A program made the translations under genes and the position numbers. The notes beneath the pieces are model-generated. The model did not search any database and was not told where the DNA came from. It saw only the letters and a list, made by a program, of their open reading frames with translations. A DNA stretch of 63,663 nt, the filler included. It is 13 parts of 13 records of this genome, joined end to end, with 100 filler letters (N's around TTAATTAATTAA, not from the genome) between each part and the next. Parts side by side here need not be neighbours in the genome. Positions count along the whole stretch, not along the records: positions 44,004 to 50,159 come from SRR15195285_3825; positions 50,260 to 56,227 come from SRR15195285_3830; positions 56,328 to 60,398 come from SRR15195285_3831; 10 more parts are not named here. One strand, 5' to 3'. This document shows positions 44,099-57,424 of this stretch, piece by piece. How positions within the stretch are numbered: position 1 is the stretch's first letter; every line of letters starts with the position of its first letter.

Positions 44099-47000
44099 AT
44101 GGCTAGATCACCTGGTGCGCTGGGAGTCGGCAGTCCGAGCGCTTCCAGACGCTCTGGCACCCCACCCGTGGCACGGCCGAGCCCTCGTGCATCAGCAGAC
44201 ATAACGTGGGCCGCAGAGGGGTCGGCAGACCAAGTCACAGCAGCCACGCAAGCTGCGACGACGGTGGGCCCGTCGTCGGAGCTCGCATGCCAGGAGCAGG
44301 ATGCTCTGCTATCAGAAGGCACACACCGGCCCGACGGTCGGGCAAGCGGCACAACACCTACAGGGCTGTTGCGACAAACAAGCTGGACTGGCGACCGCAA
44401 GGCAAAGCTCATTACACTCGCCACAATAGCGCGTACACGGGAAGCCGAGGCGACGGAGCGGGACCACATGGGACGGGCTGTACAGATGTTCGAAGAGCTG
44501 GACGAGGACCACAATGGCACACTCGATAAGGCCGAACTCGCGCGTCTCGCCCACAAGCTCAACCACCGTTGGTCTGCACTAGAGCTCGCCCAGCACTTTG
44601 ACCGCCTCGCGGCAATGGAACGCGAGTATCGACGGTCGGTTCACGATAGCGCTGGGCTTGCCGGTGGGTTTGTACCGGAAATATCTGCTCCGTTGAGCCG
44701 AGAGCAAGTGCGTATTGCTCATGGACGTGGGACAGCATCGTCACACCACAAAGCGCCTTGGTACGTCTTTGTTCCAAGGTTGCACAGACTTGGAGCGAGT
44801 CCAGCAAAGCAGCACCGCGAGCAGCTGCGCAGAGATTACGCGGATATGGATCTCAAAGACATTAAAGAGCAGGCCAAGGTTTGGGGTGTCGATGCTGGGA
44901 AACTCGTGGAACTAGAGAAACTCGAGGGCGATCTGAGCGATGCAAACGCCAAGGACACCGTTATCGCTCTGATTTCCGAGGTCCACGTAACCAAACAACT
45001 TTTCGACATTTCCTTTCTAAAGCCTTTTCAAAAGGAACGATGTCCGATGGATCGAACGGACCAGGGTGGTGGCATATCATTGACACGACGGGAGGTCGAA
45101 CTCATTTGGGAGGGGTACCAAAGCAGGGTCGACCCTGACGAGAGGCGCATCACGGAGATCCAGCAGCCCGTGTTTCTCAGCTGGTGGAAAGGCTATAGGC
45201 GGCGAATGCAGCGCGAAGTGCTCGGGTATGCAAAGAAGATGTTTGTTAAACATAGCCACATAGAAGCAGAACAAAGGCCTTTTCAAAGTGGGACGCTTGT
45301 TGGACGCGTTCAGAAATCTAGTATGAAGTTGATGGACACCATTCGTGTGATGTCGGCGAACGAGATGAAGAGCGTTGGCAAACGCATCAATAAGACCTTC
45401 GATTGGTTTGAGCGCGACACGGGCTGCAAATTCGAGGATAAGGATTTCCAGGAGGCAAGAGAATTGACAGGATCTGAGAATTGCAGGGTTGACAAGGCGT
45501 TGTCATTCGACGAATTTGCACACTATATCAGAAAGAAATTGGGCAGTGACGAGGTCGGCAATGCGCTTTTGCCGGAATTCATGGTGCAACAGATCGATGA
45601 CAACGTGCCAACTACTGACAAATTCGGTCTTGCCGCTACCAAAGCCCACCGGTCGGTCAAATCGATATTGCAGCGTCAAAAGTCCTACCGAAACATGATG
45701 TCAGCAAGAGGAACACTGCAAGCAGCCCGTGCCAAATACAAGCAATACAGCACCGATGAAAATCGCAGGGCGATCGCGACAGCACTGTGGGCTTTCCTCA
45801 AGCCAAGACTCGAAATGCTGGTGCGTTTCGAAGCAGTGTGGGGCAGCGTGCACGACTTGTATCCACACAACTTTGAGTCAGATTATACAGATGTGGATAT
45901 TGTGCCTCGCCATATCAGGCACCCAGATTCCCGAGTTTCGATCGGATGGGATTTGCTTCAGGTCATAGCACTGATGTACGTAGCTGCCTTGGTGCCTTTG
46001 CGCATTGGCTTCAATTACGAGCCGCAGCCTCCCTCTGCAGATGGACTCAAACCGCTGGGAGAGTTGGGATGGTGGTCCGACTTGGTGATCGACCTGTATT
46101 TCATCACCGATATCTTTGTTCAGTTTCACACCGCGTTCGTTGACACGGCCACAGGACTCCTGATTACGGACCGAAAGATCATCTCGCAAGGGTACATACG
46201 TTCTTGGTTCATCCTTGACATCGTGAGCGTGATGCCGTTTTCATATCTCCAGCTGCTTTCAGATGCGCAACCAGCCACAGGGCAACCGCCCCTCGTGTCT
46301 AGTTACTTGGCACAAGGGCTCGACACTGATGAAGGCACAGGCGGTAAACTTGAAGATAATACCAAGATTCTCAAGTTGTTACGGTTTCTTCGCATTGCGA
46401 AGCTCCTGCGGCTAACGAAGTTCAAGGGTATGATGGCGCGGTATGACGACAAGTTTGACGTGAGCCAATACGTTAGCAGCACGGCAACCTTGGTCATGAT
46501 CGGGTGGGCGGCACACTTTCTCAGCTGCTTGTGGTACGCAGTAGGGACAGGAAGGAGCCATATCGACGGCTGGGTTACTAACTCTGAGACAGGACTGCTG
46601 TGGGAGATAGAGGACCAGGTCACACTCGGGACTCGCTACATAGCATCCATGCACAGCATCTTAAATGCACAGTGGGCTTTCACAAACTCTGAGAAGATCT
46701 TTTCGGTTTTCGGCGAGCTCGTCATGGGCTTAATCTACGGTGCTCTCGCTGGATTGATGTCCTCAATTATGATGAGCACCAAGCTTGCGGAACAAGAGAA
46801 AACGCTGAAGTTCCAATCTATCAAAGCCTGGATGAAATCAAGAGAACTATCCCGAACAATGCAGGCTAAAATCATGAGCCACTATCATAACAAGTACAAG
46901 ACTCGCGCAGTGTTCGACGAGGACCAGGTGAGATGCTGTGCGATGCAAAGTTTGCGATACCAGCGGACACGATCATTCAATTCTAACCAGTATTCTACAG

Positions 47001-48228
47001 GGCGTCTACCAGGCGTGGTTCTGTTTGGTCTGCATCAACCGTGTGTATCGAGCAACGCTTAGAGCAGTGTCTACCACTGATGCTATTGGCTGTTGGGTTG
47101 TGATTGACAGATAATGGCTGAACTCCCAACTATACTGTCCGATCGGTATTCCTTTCAAAGCAGAACGCAATCAAGTGGAAACCATTGATTAATCAGGACC
47201 GAGTTGACCTTCACAGTGCCTTTAATACTGACCAAAGCCTGGTGTTCAAACAGGGTGTCGTTGTCATTGTTCAACCACTGTATCGTCAAGATTCCATTCT
47301 TTCGTGGATTGGGCGAACAAACCCGAATGATGCTCTGCCGACTGGTCAGCACCGTAAACGTGCCGAAGAACGGCGAGGTACGACCATTTCTGGTTAGGCA
47401 CTCATCTAGTGTACCTCGTGTTGTTTATCCATCAGCATTTTCACTTCTTCTGTGGATGCCCTGAACAGATTTTCAACGAAGGTGACAATAGTACCGAAAT
47501 GTACTTCATCATCCAAGGTGAGGTGGAGGTCGAAACTTTTGCCGGTTCATCGCTTGGGTTCTTGACCGAGGGTGCGTTCTTTGGAGAAACTGCGCTGATC
47601 CAGGCCGTCACCGGAAAGGTAGACGAAACTTGGCAGCGGACACGCTCAGTCAGGTATGTTATAGCCTCACCGTCACCACCACTGTCGGTAGGCACATGGT
47701 TGATTGGAAACAACGCGTCTTCTAGGCAGCTGTACACTGAGCGTGGAGCCATTGCGTGCAAATGATGCATCGAGCAGAGCTACCGTCGACACAATGCTGG
47801 GCGAGCTACGTACGGAAGATATGGACGAGATCTTGGAGAAATGCCCAGGTCTGAAACTCAAGATGATGCAGTTTCTGAAGATTGGAAAGAAAACAGGTGT
47901 GCCAACAGCTGATATGGTAGTGCCAGTAGCGTGTCTGGAATGCAACCACAATAGGCTGGCAATAGGCAATCTCTGATCTTGTGTTTGGCTGGTGCTGTTT
48001 CGGCTGCCAGCTGGCAAGAAGCTGCACACAAACTCTGCAGCTATGAAAGCAGCTCATGCGTTTAAAGTGCAAGCTTCCCACAAAAGCCAATCAGTGAATG
48101 TGGAGGCAACGCTCCAAGAGCAAGCGGAACAATTGCAGAATCTGCAGAAGTCGATGAGGGAGATGAAGAATGATCAGGAAGAGCTGCTCAGCATGCTGCG
48201 TGGTTTCATGAGCCAGTCTTCTTCTTAG
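44099..48228 (+). CDS. Six-TM cyclic-nucleotide-binding-domain channel (HCN/KCNH-like) with N-terminal EF-hand
   Basis: IRHPDSRVSIGWD (S1), S4 KILKLLRFLRIAKLLRL, C-linker, CNBD EMYFIIQGEVEV..GAFFGETAL..RTRSVRA, EF loop DEDHNGTLDKAE. Five GT-AG introns after 46927. Confidence 0.88.
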
Positions 48229-48384
48229 TCTGGCTTTGAGCGCTAGTAGTAGTCGCTCCCACGGGTGTACATTGTTCATTGTACATGTGCGCAGTAGACT
48301 GCACTGTTTCCGTGGAGCAATTAGGATCGGGTGTGCGTGACGGATCCCAGAGGCTCCGTAGTGGCAGATCCTGGAATACATGCA

Positions 48385-50051
48385 TTACAACGAGCCAGCA
48401 AGTTCCCACGCCAGAGACTCTAACTTGTCGCCCGTCTCTTGCATTGCTTTCAGCGTCGCGTTGGTCGTGCCCTTGCCAGGAGTTCCATTTGTGAAGATTA
48501 TGACGCCTGCTTTGAGGGCTGGCGAGTCTGCAGACGTCGTACAAAGCGCGTGACATGCGCACATGTAGTCCAAGGAAAGTAAGCACATCCCCAAAGCTGT
48601 CAATCTTCAGCGCACCCCAGAGACACTGGGACATAAGTACGAATGAAAATAACTGCAGCGCGAGGGTTCCCGAGCTACTGGCAGAAAGGCTCACATTTCA
48701 TGGTTGTGGACACGCCTGGGTCGCCACCACCATGACCAAATCGAACGTCTGTGGCTGGGTCATTTGATGATGCAGCATTGGCTCCAGTCTCGGTTTCCCC
48801 TGCAGCAACCGAGGCAGCACACATCAGACGGCTCTCGAGAGTGAGGGTGACAGGGGAGGTCTCTCGGTGTAGCTTACAGAAAAGCCCGTACTGGCTGCTG
48901 GCATGTGGGTAGTGCTGCTTGCGCATCATCTGCACACTCTCAGGCGACAGCAACCGCACTCCACTCACTGGGTGTGTGCCGTCATTCATGAACGTTAGCA
49001 AATGCTGGGCAAGGTCTTGTACGGTCGTCCGCAGGAAACCGTCTGAAACGGTCGGACATCCGTAGAAGCCGTGTGGTTTGTAATAGCCGCCAGTACCAGC
49101 ACTGCCTGAAAATGTTGTCCAACTGTACGGCATCGCGACGCGGTTGCTGCGCACAATCCGGAAACAAAAGTGCGCGACGTTAAGTAACTACGCCTGGGAG
49201 ATTGGAACCCAGTCACACAGAAGCGGGGGTTTGGCTCTAGTGCGCAGTGTTGCTGAGCGTAAGTGATGGACTCACAGATCGACACCTTTGGATTGCAGTC
49301 CAGCCCACAAGAAGGAAGAGGACTGCATTCCAAGTGGTTGCAGCACATTTTGCTCAGCAAAATCAGCAAACAGCATACCAGAAGCAGCCTCGACAAGATA
49401 GCCAACTAGCCCCGCGCCAACGTTCGAGTAATCGAAGGCAGCACCTGGTGCATGCTCTGTGTAGATATCGTCTGAGCGTAGGCTACCACTGAAGTACTCG
49501 CGGCAGAAATCTGCGAGCGACCACTGTGAATCCCCAGCAGTGTAGCTGTCCTCGTATACGGAGCTATCGTGCACGGACGACGTGTGGGACATCAGCATGC
49601 GAAGCGTGACTGGCGTGTCAGGAAATCGCGGATTGTGGACCCCGAAGCCACCATGCGTGGCAGTAAGACCCGAGACGTCGTCGTCCAGCTGCAGCAGACC
49701 GCGCTCGACGCACATCATGGCACACACGCCCGTCACCGTCTTGCTTATGCTAGCAATCTGGAAAATGCTGTCGCCTTGCACGGGCCAGCCGCGCTCCACA
49801 CGACGCGTACCGTACTCAGCCTGGCACAGGATCGTGCCATCAGCTTTCACTACTCCAACCGCCACCGCTGGAACATGCTCAGTGTGGGCACGGATCGCAG
49901 CGTCGAGCTGAGCCTTCACCGCAGCGGCCGTGTGCGCGCCGGGGGTACGCCGGTCGCACGCAGCAGCCTGCTGATGCGGGGCGACGTGCCGCTCCAGTCG
50001 CGTCAACATCCTCTCGGGCCTTCGCCTCATCGGCATGGCGCGTGGAACCAT
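48385..50051 (-). CDS. Serine beta-lactamase-like (class C/esterase) hydrolase (4 exons)
   Basis: SxxK motif IASISKT, LMSHTSS, FDYSN, HGGGDPG, and terminal GVIIFTN after splicing. Confidence 0.88.
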
Positions 50052-50862
50052 GCTCTAGAGATCAATAGTAGCATATATGCATCGCGGCGCACCCCGCGCG
50101 CCCCTGTGAGTCGCGGGGGCCGGGGACCACAGCGATACAGCTGTACTGGCCGACGTGATNNNNNNNNNNNNNNNNNNNNNNNNNNNNNNNNNNNNNNNNN
50201 NNNTTAATTAATTAANNNNNNNNNNNNNNNNNNNNNNNNNNNNNNNNNNNNNNNNNNNNCAGCAGCGGCGGCGGCGGCGGCGGCGGCGGGCAGCGGGTGG
50301 TTCATAGTATCATGTAGTCCAATAATACCTCAGCCAGCTCATCCCCTCCTCCCCCCCAACCACCACAGCCAGCAGCCCCTGCCTGCTCCACCCGGCAGCG
50401 CCCCCAGCGCCCTCCGCCCGCCGGTTGTAGGTTAGGGTGCCACCACGGCTGTATCTCCGATGGTGTATGCCGAAGTGCGTGCCCAGCCCAGCCGCTCCGT
50501 CAGCGCCACGCCGCGCGCGTACCGCTGTGTACAGTACACAGTGTATAATCTAATACACACTGTGATACACGTGCCCGGCACCGATGTACCCGCGTACAGT
50601 ATATTATACTGTGAATACGGTAGTCCCCAGTACCGAATTCGACGACGTACTGATCAGTATACCGGTGTACGCTTCATTCTCCAGTCCTGCATTGAATACA
50701 CCGCGGATACTGTACAGTCGGTTCCTGCCACCTGCCTGCAGGTGCCTCGAGCCTGGTTCGACTGGTACTCAGGTACTGTGGTACTCTGGTACTGAGGGTG
50801 GCTGCACCGCGCCTCAGGCTGTGGACTGGCGTTGGGGTGGATGCCTGCGTTGGCCAAGGCCG

Positions 50863-51894
50863 ATGGCGATGAGGCTGGCCTGGGAGCGCACTGAAGAGAA
50901 AGGGGGGGTGGGGCAGCGCGAAGCGGGGGCTCTGGTGTGGGGGCGTGCTGAAGAGCCCGCTGTGGGGGGGATGGAGGCGGCGGTGGCCTGGAGTGGCGAC
51001 GGCAGCGCTATGGAGGATGAGATGGGCCTACTGGTGGTGCGCAGCAGGGCGGAGCAGCGGTTGCTGAGCGGGTTCTACCGACTGCGGAAGAAGCGGATCG
51101 CGCGGAAGCAGGCGGAGTTCGGATCGGAGAGGCTCGCGTCGCTGCGGAAGGGCGAGATCGTCCAGGTGGTGCAGAGCTGCGTGCAGCCCGACGGTGCGGT
51201 GCGCGCGCGAGTGACTGACGTCTCCGGAGAGGACGCCGGGTGGGTGACCTTCGACGAGAACTGCATGGCGCCCGAGCCGGAGCCGATGCCAGAGTCCGAG
51301 CCCGAGCCCGAGCCCAAGGAGTTGCCACCGCCAACACGGCGGCGCGCCTCCTGCCCGGACGTCGCCGCGAACGCCACCCCCGCGCCGTTGCGGCCGCGCA
51401 CGAGGGGCGGCGAGGGCAGCGAGCCGTCGCGGGCGGAGCGGCCCGGCGAGAGCGCGAGCGCGACGTACGTGGACGTGACTTACGGAGAGCCGATCCGCTC
51501 TGAGGTGTCACTCAGCGAGCGCTTGCGGAAGAAACGGGAGCGGCGGCGAGGCGGTCGCGCAGCTGGGGGCACGAAGCAGACAAGATGGCAGGCGCGGCAG
51601 GCGCGCGAGCTTCAGATGCAGGAGGCGTACGTCGCCGGGAGTGGCAGCGGCGGCGGCGGAACGACGTTTGGCGGCACGCCGCTTGACAGCGAATGTGCTG
51701 TCTGCCTCGACCAGATGCGCGACCCCGTAATGCTCGCGTGTGGGCACAGATTCTGTCGCGCGTGCGCCACGCTCGTGAGGACGACTGATTCACGACAGCG
51801 TTGTCCAGTCTGCCGGCGCCCGTCAATGCGGCGATTTTTCCGCCACGCGTCCCCCCAGGCGAGCGCGGAGAGCACGGTCGAAGATAGTTGGTAG
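50863..51894 (+). CDS. C3HC4 RING finger protein with SH3b-like domain (start uncertain)
   Basis: CAVCLDQMRDPVMLACGHRFCRAC..CPVC. SERLASLRKGEIVQV..RARV..GWVT. EP repeat. Confidence 0.75.
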   Translation: MAMRLAWERTEEKGGVGQREAGALVWGRAEEPAVGGMEAAVAWSGDGSAMEDEMGLLVVRSRAEQRLLSGFYRLRKKRIARKQAEFGSERLASLRKGEIVQVVQSCVQPDGAVRARVTDVSGEDAGWVTFDENCMAPEPEPMPESEPEPEPKELPPPTRRRASCPDVAANATPAPLRPRTRGGEGSEPSRAERPGESASATYVDVTYGEPIRSEVSLSERLRKKRERRRGGRAAGGTKQTRWQARQARELQMQEAYVAGSGSGGGGTTFGGTPLDSECAVCLDQMRDPVMLACGHRFCRACATLVRTTDSRQRCPVCRRPSMRRFFRHASPQASAESTVEDSW

Positions 51895-51968
51895 TTCGCG
51901 GTGTGTGTGTGTGTCGAGTGGCAGGCTGCAAACTCATGTGCATTCCCCGCTGTCTGGCTCTACTACCA

Positions 51969-54900
51969 TTACGAGAGCTCGTACCGATATGCCTGGAGCT
52001 TCTTGCTAAGCATCGACACGTAATGTCCACGGCTCTCCTGCCCATTGCGGACGCTATCGCCGATCTTCTCTGCAGCCGATTCATCGACGACGCCAAACTT
52101 CACTGCACGCGTCAGCAGTCTCTCAAAGCGCTTGCTTTCGTGCGCGGCGGCAGTCTCATGCTTTGCCATCGCGCTCTCTCGACGTAGCGTTTCCAATGCT
52201 GCCATAGTAGACTTCTTCTTCTTCTCAGACTCACCCTCGCATAGCATCGACACAATCGACTCTGGAGCCATCCAGAGCAGAGCATACCCATCCACATCTC
52301 TTGCGGCAAGCACGTACGCACGCTTACCCACACCCAGCGCTTTGGCCCACTTGAGGACTTGCGCTGTATCCCAAGTCTCCACATCAGAGGGGAGGCCCTC
52401 AGCCGCGAGGGCGTAGTTCGGCTTCCCAAACCGTTTCAATCGTTCAACCATCGCCTTCTGCTCTACCTCTTGCTGCATCTGCGACTGCTTCTGCCCCTCT
52501 TTCGCCAACTCCCGCGCTAGCACCTCGTCGAACCGGTCGTCTCCGTACGATCGCGCAACAACGATAGCTCGCTCAAGCAACTTGTGCATCGCAGCCTCCT
52601 CCAGATCGGCTTCATCGACGATTCCTCCACCTTTCGCTCGGCGCAATACACGTGCAGCGCCTGCTGCTGCACCCATCCCCATCAAGCTCAGCCCAGCCCC
52701 TGCCGAGCTGGCTCTTGCCGCCGACGACGGCGAGGGCATCGCGATCGCCAGTGGGGACATGGCCACCCGCCGCCTATCCCGAAGCGCGCCTGGTGGTGGC
52801 CCATCGCCACCGTCCGAGGTGACCAGGGAAGGCAGCATGCCAGCAGCGCTGACACCACCAGCTGGTGGGACACCTGTGCGGCGCCGGAGCATCATATGAT
52901 TGCCAGGTCCACTCGGACCGCCGTGAACACTAGGGAGCCTTTTCGCAGCTTCGGCAGCCTCCCGCTCTGCCTGCTCTTTCTGCCTTCGCTCCTCTTCTTC
53001 CTTCGCGGCCGCCTCAGCCGCCTCTCTTGCTGCAGCCGCAGCTCGTTCTTCTTCCATTTTAGTCTGGACCAGCCGCAGCAGCCTTAGTCGGTCTTGCTTG
53101 TCTTCCATGACCATCTCGATCTCTTCCAATCGTCGAGAATCTTTGGGATCTCGAATACGCTGGGCCTCTGCGATGGCCCGGGCCTTCTGCTCCAGATGTG
53201 TAGCTTCGCGTTCCAGCTTCTTCTTCCGCCACGGTTGCCAGGTCTGCTCTAGCTGATCATCGAGTTCTTCAAGCTGATCTGCCACGCTGTTGAGTGCCTG
53301 CGCGCGGTGCGCCGCTACTTGCGCACGCTTCTTCAGCACGGGCTGCAGCGCCAGCCGACGTTGATGCAATCCAACCAGGTCATCCTCTAGCGAGTCAATC
53401 TCAAGCTGCTCTTCTTTGCTCAAGCCACGCACATGCACAAGATTCTCCATCTTAGGCGTCTTCATCGTGCACCAGCCGTTGAACTCAATTCCCGCGATGT
53501 ACGCCCTCCAGTGCTGACGGCTCCCGACCATCGCATTGCCGGCTTCGATGAGCCGCGCGATACCGGGCTCAGGCTCGACCACGGTGACCTCCACAAGGAT
53601 ACCAGCAGGCACTTCGGCAACAATCTCGGATACTACCTCGACCGTTTCATGCAGTGAGACTTCACACAGCACGCGGTAGACTCCTGTCGGAGGATGTTCG
53701 CTCCATTTATTCTTCGTACCTCCAGTGACGCCAGTCTGCTTCGCCTGTTTCGCTTTCTTCTCCTTGAGTTTTTGCTTTAGGGACTTGTGCTCTGTCCTTT
53801 CAACCCTACGCTCCTCCTTGGAGGTGGGACGTTCGCCACCCCATTTCCACAGCTGATCCTCTCGCTCCTCCGCAAGCTTCCGCTGACGCTTTTTCTCAGC
53901 GTCCTCTTTACGAACGCGCGCAATCATTTCGTCTCGTGTTTCCTTTGCTTCCTGCACCGCAAAGACAAGACGCTTCTCGCCAAACTCCGTCACAGCCACT
54001 GCCTTGCGTGAAGCGATGCCCTCTGCCGCGAGCGCCCGTGGTCCAAGCTTCTTCTTGTACTCGACCGATCGCTCGTAAGCAATCCGCTCCTCCTCCGCCG
54101 TCTGTCGCAGTACGGACAGTGCAAAATCAGAGTCCTCAGCTAGTTCCTTCTGCCTCATCCCAATGAAATTTTGCTCCCAACCATCTGGCTTGAACGCACT
54201 GGGCGTTTTCGGCCGGCCAGGATCGGCGGTCGGCGTGAGACGGTAGCTGTCCTCCACCGAGCCACTAATTAGTTTGCCTAATGGCTTCTGGCGACGGGGC
54301 TGTACTGGTTGTACATCACCGCTTCCACCCTCTTCGGCAGTAGCCCCGACACTACCTACCTCCTCTGCATCCTCTAGGTTGACGACTGTGAGAAGCGCGC
54401 ACGGAAATGCCAAGGAAACGTTGGAGGAATCGAGCTGCACCACCGCGAGTGTGCCACTCCGTTGGAACACCTGCCCTCGTGTGCCTGCACATCGGTTGTA
54501 GTCAACGTCGTAGGAGGGAATGAATCCGCGTGCCACAAGATCGCGGATGGTCTTCTCAACGCAGTCAGCGTCATTCAAGATGTCGACCCGTTTTCCGATC
54601 AACTGTCGCGCTGCCTCCGACGCCAGCCTGCGCTCTCGTTTCAAGCGCGTGTTTTTCAGCACCCCTGCCTTCTCAAGTTGATCCTCCCACATCTCGACGC
54701 TGCGCTCTGCGGACATGTAGCCATCGGCAACATTTTGTTCCAGCTCATCGACCTGCGCTTCCGTCGCTAGACCCGATTTCACCGCCAGGCGCAGCAGTCG
54801 CGGAAGATGCTTGCGTGAATAGGCAGCAGCAGCTTCCGCTCGTGATCTAGCTGCGGCCTCGCGCTGTGCAATTTCCTGCTCCAGCTGTTTCTTCGAGGCG

Positions 54901-56227
54901 TTCTCGATTATCTGCGCTTTCTCAGCTCGCTTCATCCGTTGCCTCGTTTCTTCGATTCGAGCCTCGTTGCCAACCCGCGCTCGTCTCCGTTCTTGCATCT
55001 GCAGAAACTTTCGCGCCTTTTTGAATTGCGTCAACCGTGCTTGGCTAGTCGCACAGGGCTCTGCTTGCGTTGCTCCTCCCACCGTGGTGTCTGAATTAGT
55101 CACGTCATGAGCACCAGCAGTGTCCGAGTTGGACGACTGAGATGACACGGATATTGAGGACTGGCTTCCAGGGGACGCGGAACCATGGCTAGTGCCGTCG
55201 ATTGCAGACCTCGGAGTTGAAGTCGAAGTTTTGCTATCGGCGACGGAACCAGGAGAGGCGGGGGCTGAGGAGGAAGCGACCGAAAATGCGCTGCTCGAGC
55301 CAGATGCAGCCACCTGCGCGCGGCAGCGTTCCGATTCGTGCCTGGCCTCGCGCTCGAGCATTGATGCCCCGACGACCCGAGCTCGCCTTACCGTGTCGTC
55401 ATGTGATCGCTTCCCAATCGTCTCGCTAAACTCGAGCTTCAGCCGTGGGCGCAGCCACTCCACCAGCTCTCGCTCTGGCCAGGACGAGCAGAAGTTCGGT
55501 GCCGACGTGTCTACGACCTCCCACAGCCGCGTGAGGTATCCCTCGCCACCTTCCAGCTCGAGCGACCCACGTATCAGCTCTTGGCAGGCACTGTCCGCCC
55601 CACCGCCACCGCTCCGTGCTTTGGCCCGCATCCCAAGCAAGAGGCCGCGCGCAGCGTGCGTGGCAGGCACATGCGCTCCAGCGGCCGCGAGCATGTCGGC
55701 CAACGCGGCGTCGTTCCTGTCGATGGCGGCGGTCATCGGCGATCTGGAGCCGGACGCGCCGTGGTCATTGGGGTATGCCCCGGCACGCAGCAGCTCCGCA
55801 GCCACCTGCCGATGGCCGTGACGGCAGGCCAGCAGCAGCGGCGTCCTGCCGGGCTTGTCGTGCACGTTCGTGCTGGCGCCGTGCCCAAGCAAGCAGACCA
55901 CGGCCGGGACGAAGCCCACACCCGACGCCAGGTGCAGCGCAGTGGCGCGCATCTTGTTGCGTACGTTGGCGCCCAGAACCTGCAGCGCGCCCTCGATGTT
56001 CTCGACGTCGCGCCTCGTGCTACCCTCCTGCGCCATCTGGAACAGCATCGATCTCGCTGCGCCGCGCCGACTGCGGTCGCTCCTGGAGAGCCCCGCCTCC
56101 TCGGCCTCGTCTTCGTCGTCCGACTCCGGCGGGGCGGGCAGCTGGCGCGCGCGCTCCGCGTCTCGCTGCATGCGCCGCCGCTCGTCCGCTCGCCGCCGCT
56201 CCCTGTCGGCCCGGAGCGCCGCGGCCA
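51969..56227 (-). CDS. Large ankyrin-repeat scaffold with Mind-bomb-type SH3 repeat, SH3b-like domain, coiled coils and SAM domain; possibly 5'-partial
   Basis: TALHLAS, GRTPLLLAC, SPMTAA. GKRVDILND..AGTRGQV..FPCALL. SAM VETWDTAQVLKWA..DVDGYALL. Confidence 0.75.
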
Positions 56228-56329
56228 NNNNNNNNNNNNNNNNNNNNNNNNNNNNNNNNNNNNNNNNNNNNTTAATTAATTAANNNNNNNNNNNNNNNNN
56301 NNNNNNNNNNNNNNNNNNNNNNNNNNNTG

Positions 56330-57316
56330 ATGGTACGGGGGTGGCTAGGGCGCATCGGCGGAGCGCGCTGCATTGAGCTAGGAGAGTTTTGGGTGTGGTT
56401 TTGGTACGTGGGGTGGTGCGGTGGGTGGGCGAGCGCTGTCGCAAGGTTTCGGACAAGTCCCGACGCTGGGATGCTGGCTATGCCGGGTGCTGCCTCAGCT
56501 GATGCCGCTGCTGGCTGGGGTGCTGCTCCCCCTGCGGGCATGCGTTGAGCAGCAGGAGTACTGTCGCTGCAGCAGCACCGCAGGCGTTCGATCGGGGGCG
56601 CACTCGCGCGCTGTGGCTGCGCCTCTTGTCGCTCTCACGGTGCCCCAGCAGCAGCTTGCTGGGCCACCTGTCGCGAAATCTGCTAGCATCTGACGCATGT
56701 GGCTACTGACGTTTCTACCCTGCGCCTCCATGTAGGCTGCCATCACCCGTTTCAGACCGCTGCTCAACCGTGTTCTGATCGGCCGCGCAAAGTAAGTCTC
56801 GCGCTAGCTGTGCACGCACCACCACTTGCACACGGGGCTGACGATTGTGACCGTGCGCGCGCAGCGCGGCGACGGAGACTGCCGGTGGCATCATCATCCC
56901 GGACCAGTACCAGTCGAAAGTCAACGAGGGCGAAGTCCTTGCTGTTGGTCCTGGCGCGCGCGACAAAGACGTGCGTTAACCCTCCATCCGCGCTAGTTGC
57001 TGTGATTTTTTGCAGCAGAGCGACTGTCGCTCAACGTGCGGGTGCTCTGATGCGATGCGGCAGGGCGGGCTCATCCCGATGGGGGTCGCGGTCGGAGACA
57101 AGGTCCTGCTGCCAGAGTACGGCGGCCAGGCCATTACGCTGGACGGAGATGATTTCCACCTTTTCCGGGAAGACGACATCCTGGTCAGCGCAATCAGCTG
57201 CCGCGCTTTGTGACGCGTCCCGCAGCGCCTGCGTGATTGTTCGACCTGGCGACCGTGCGATCTTACGTGTGCTTGCGCGTTGCTGTGTGTCTGGGCAGGG
57301 TGTGCTGGAGAACTAA
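56330..57316 (+). CDS. HSP10: Mitochondrial 10-kDa chaperonin (Cpn10/GroES family), 5 exons
   Basis: Exons 56330-56332, 56736-56791, 56865-56970, 57064-57183 and 57299-57316 splice to [57 protein letters not shown]. Confidence 0.93.
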
Positions 57317-57424
57317 GCAGCAACGCTGCTGCTTGGCGCACTAATGCGGGTGTGCTTGTAAAGAAGATAACGACGGTTCCTTTGCCACTCTTTTTCATGG
57401 GCCTGCCTCGTGCGCCATCAACAC

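Noticed and set aside
48385-50051. Beta-lactamase-like gene as bacterial contamination or a resistance gene
   Set aside because: It has spliceosomal introns, and this hydrolase family is common in eukaryotes. There is no evidence of antibiotic specificity.
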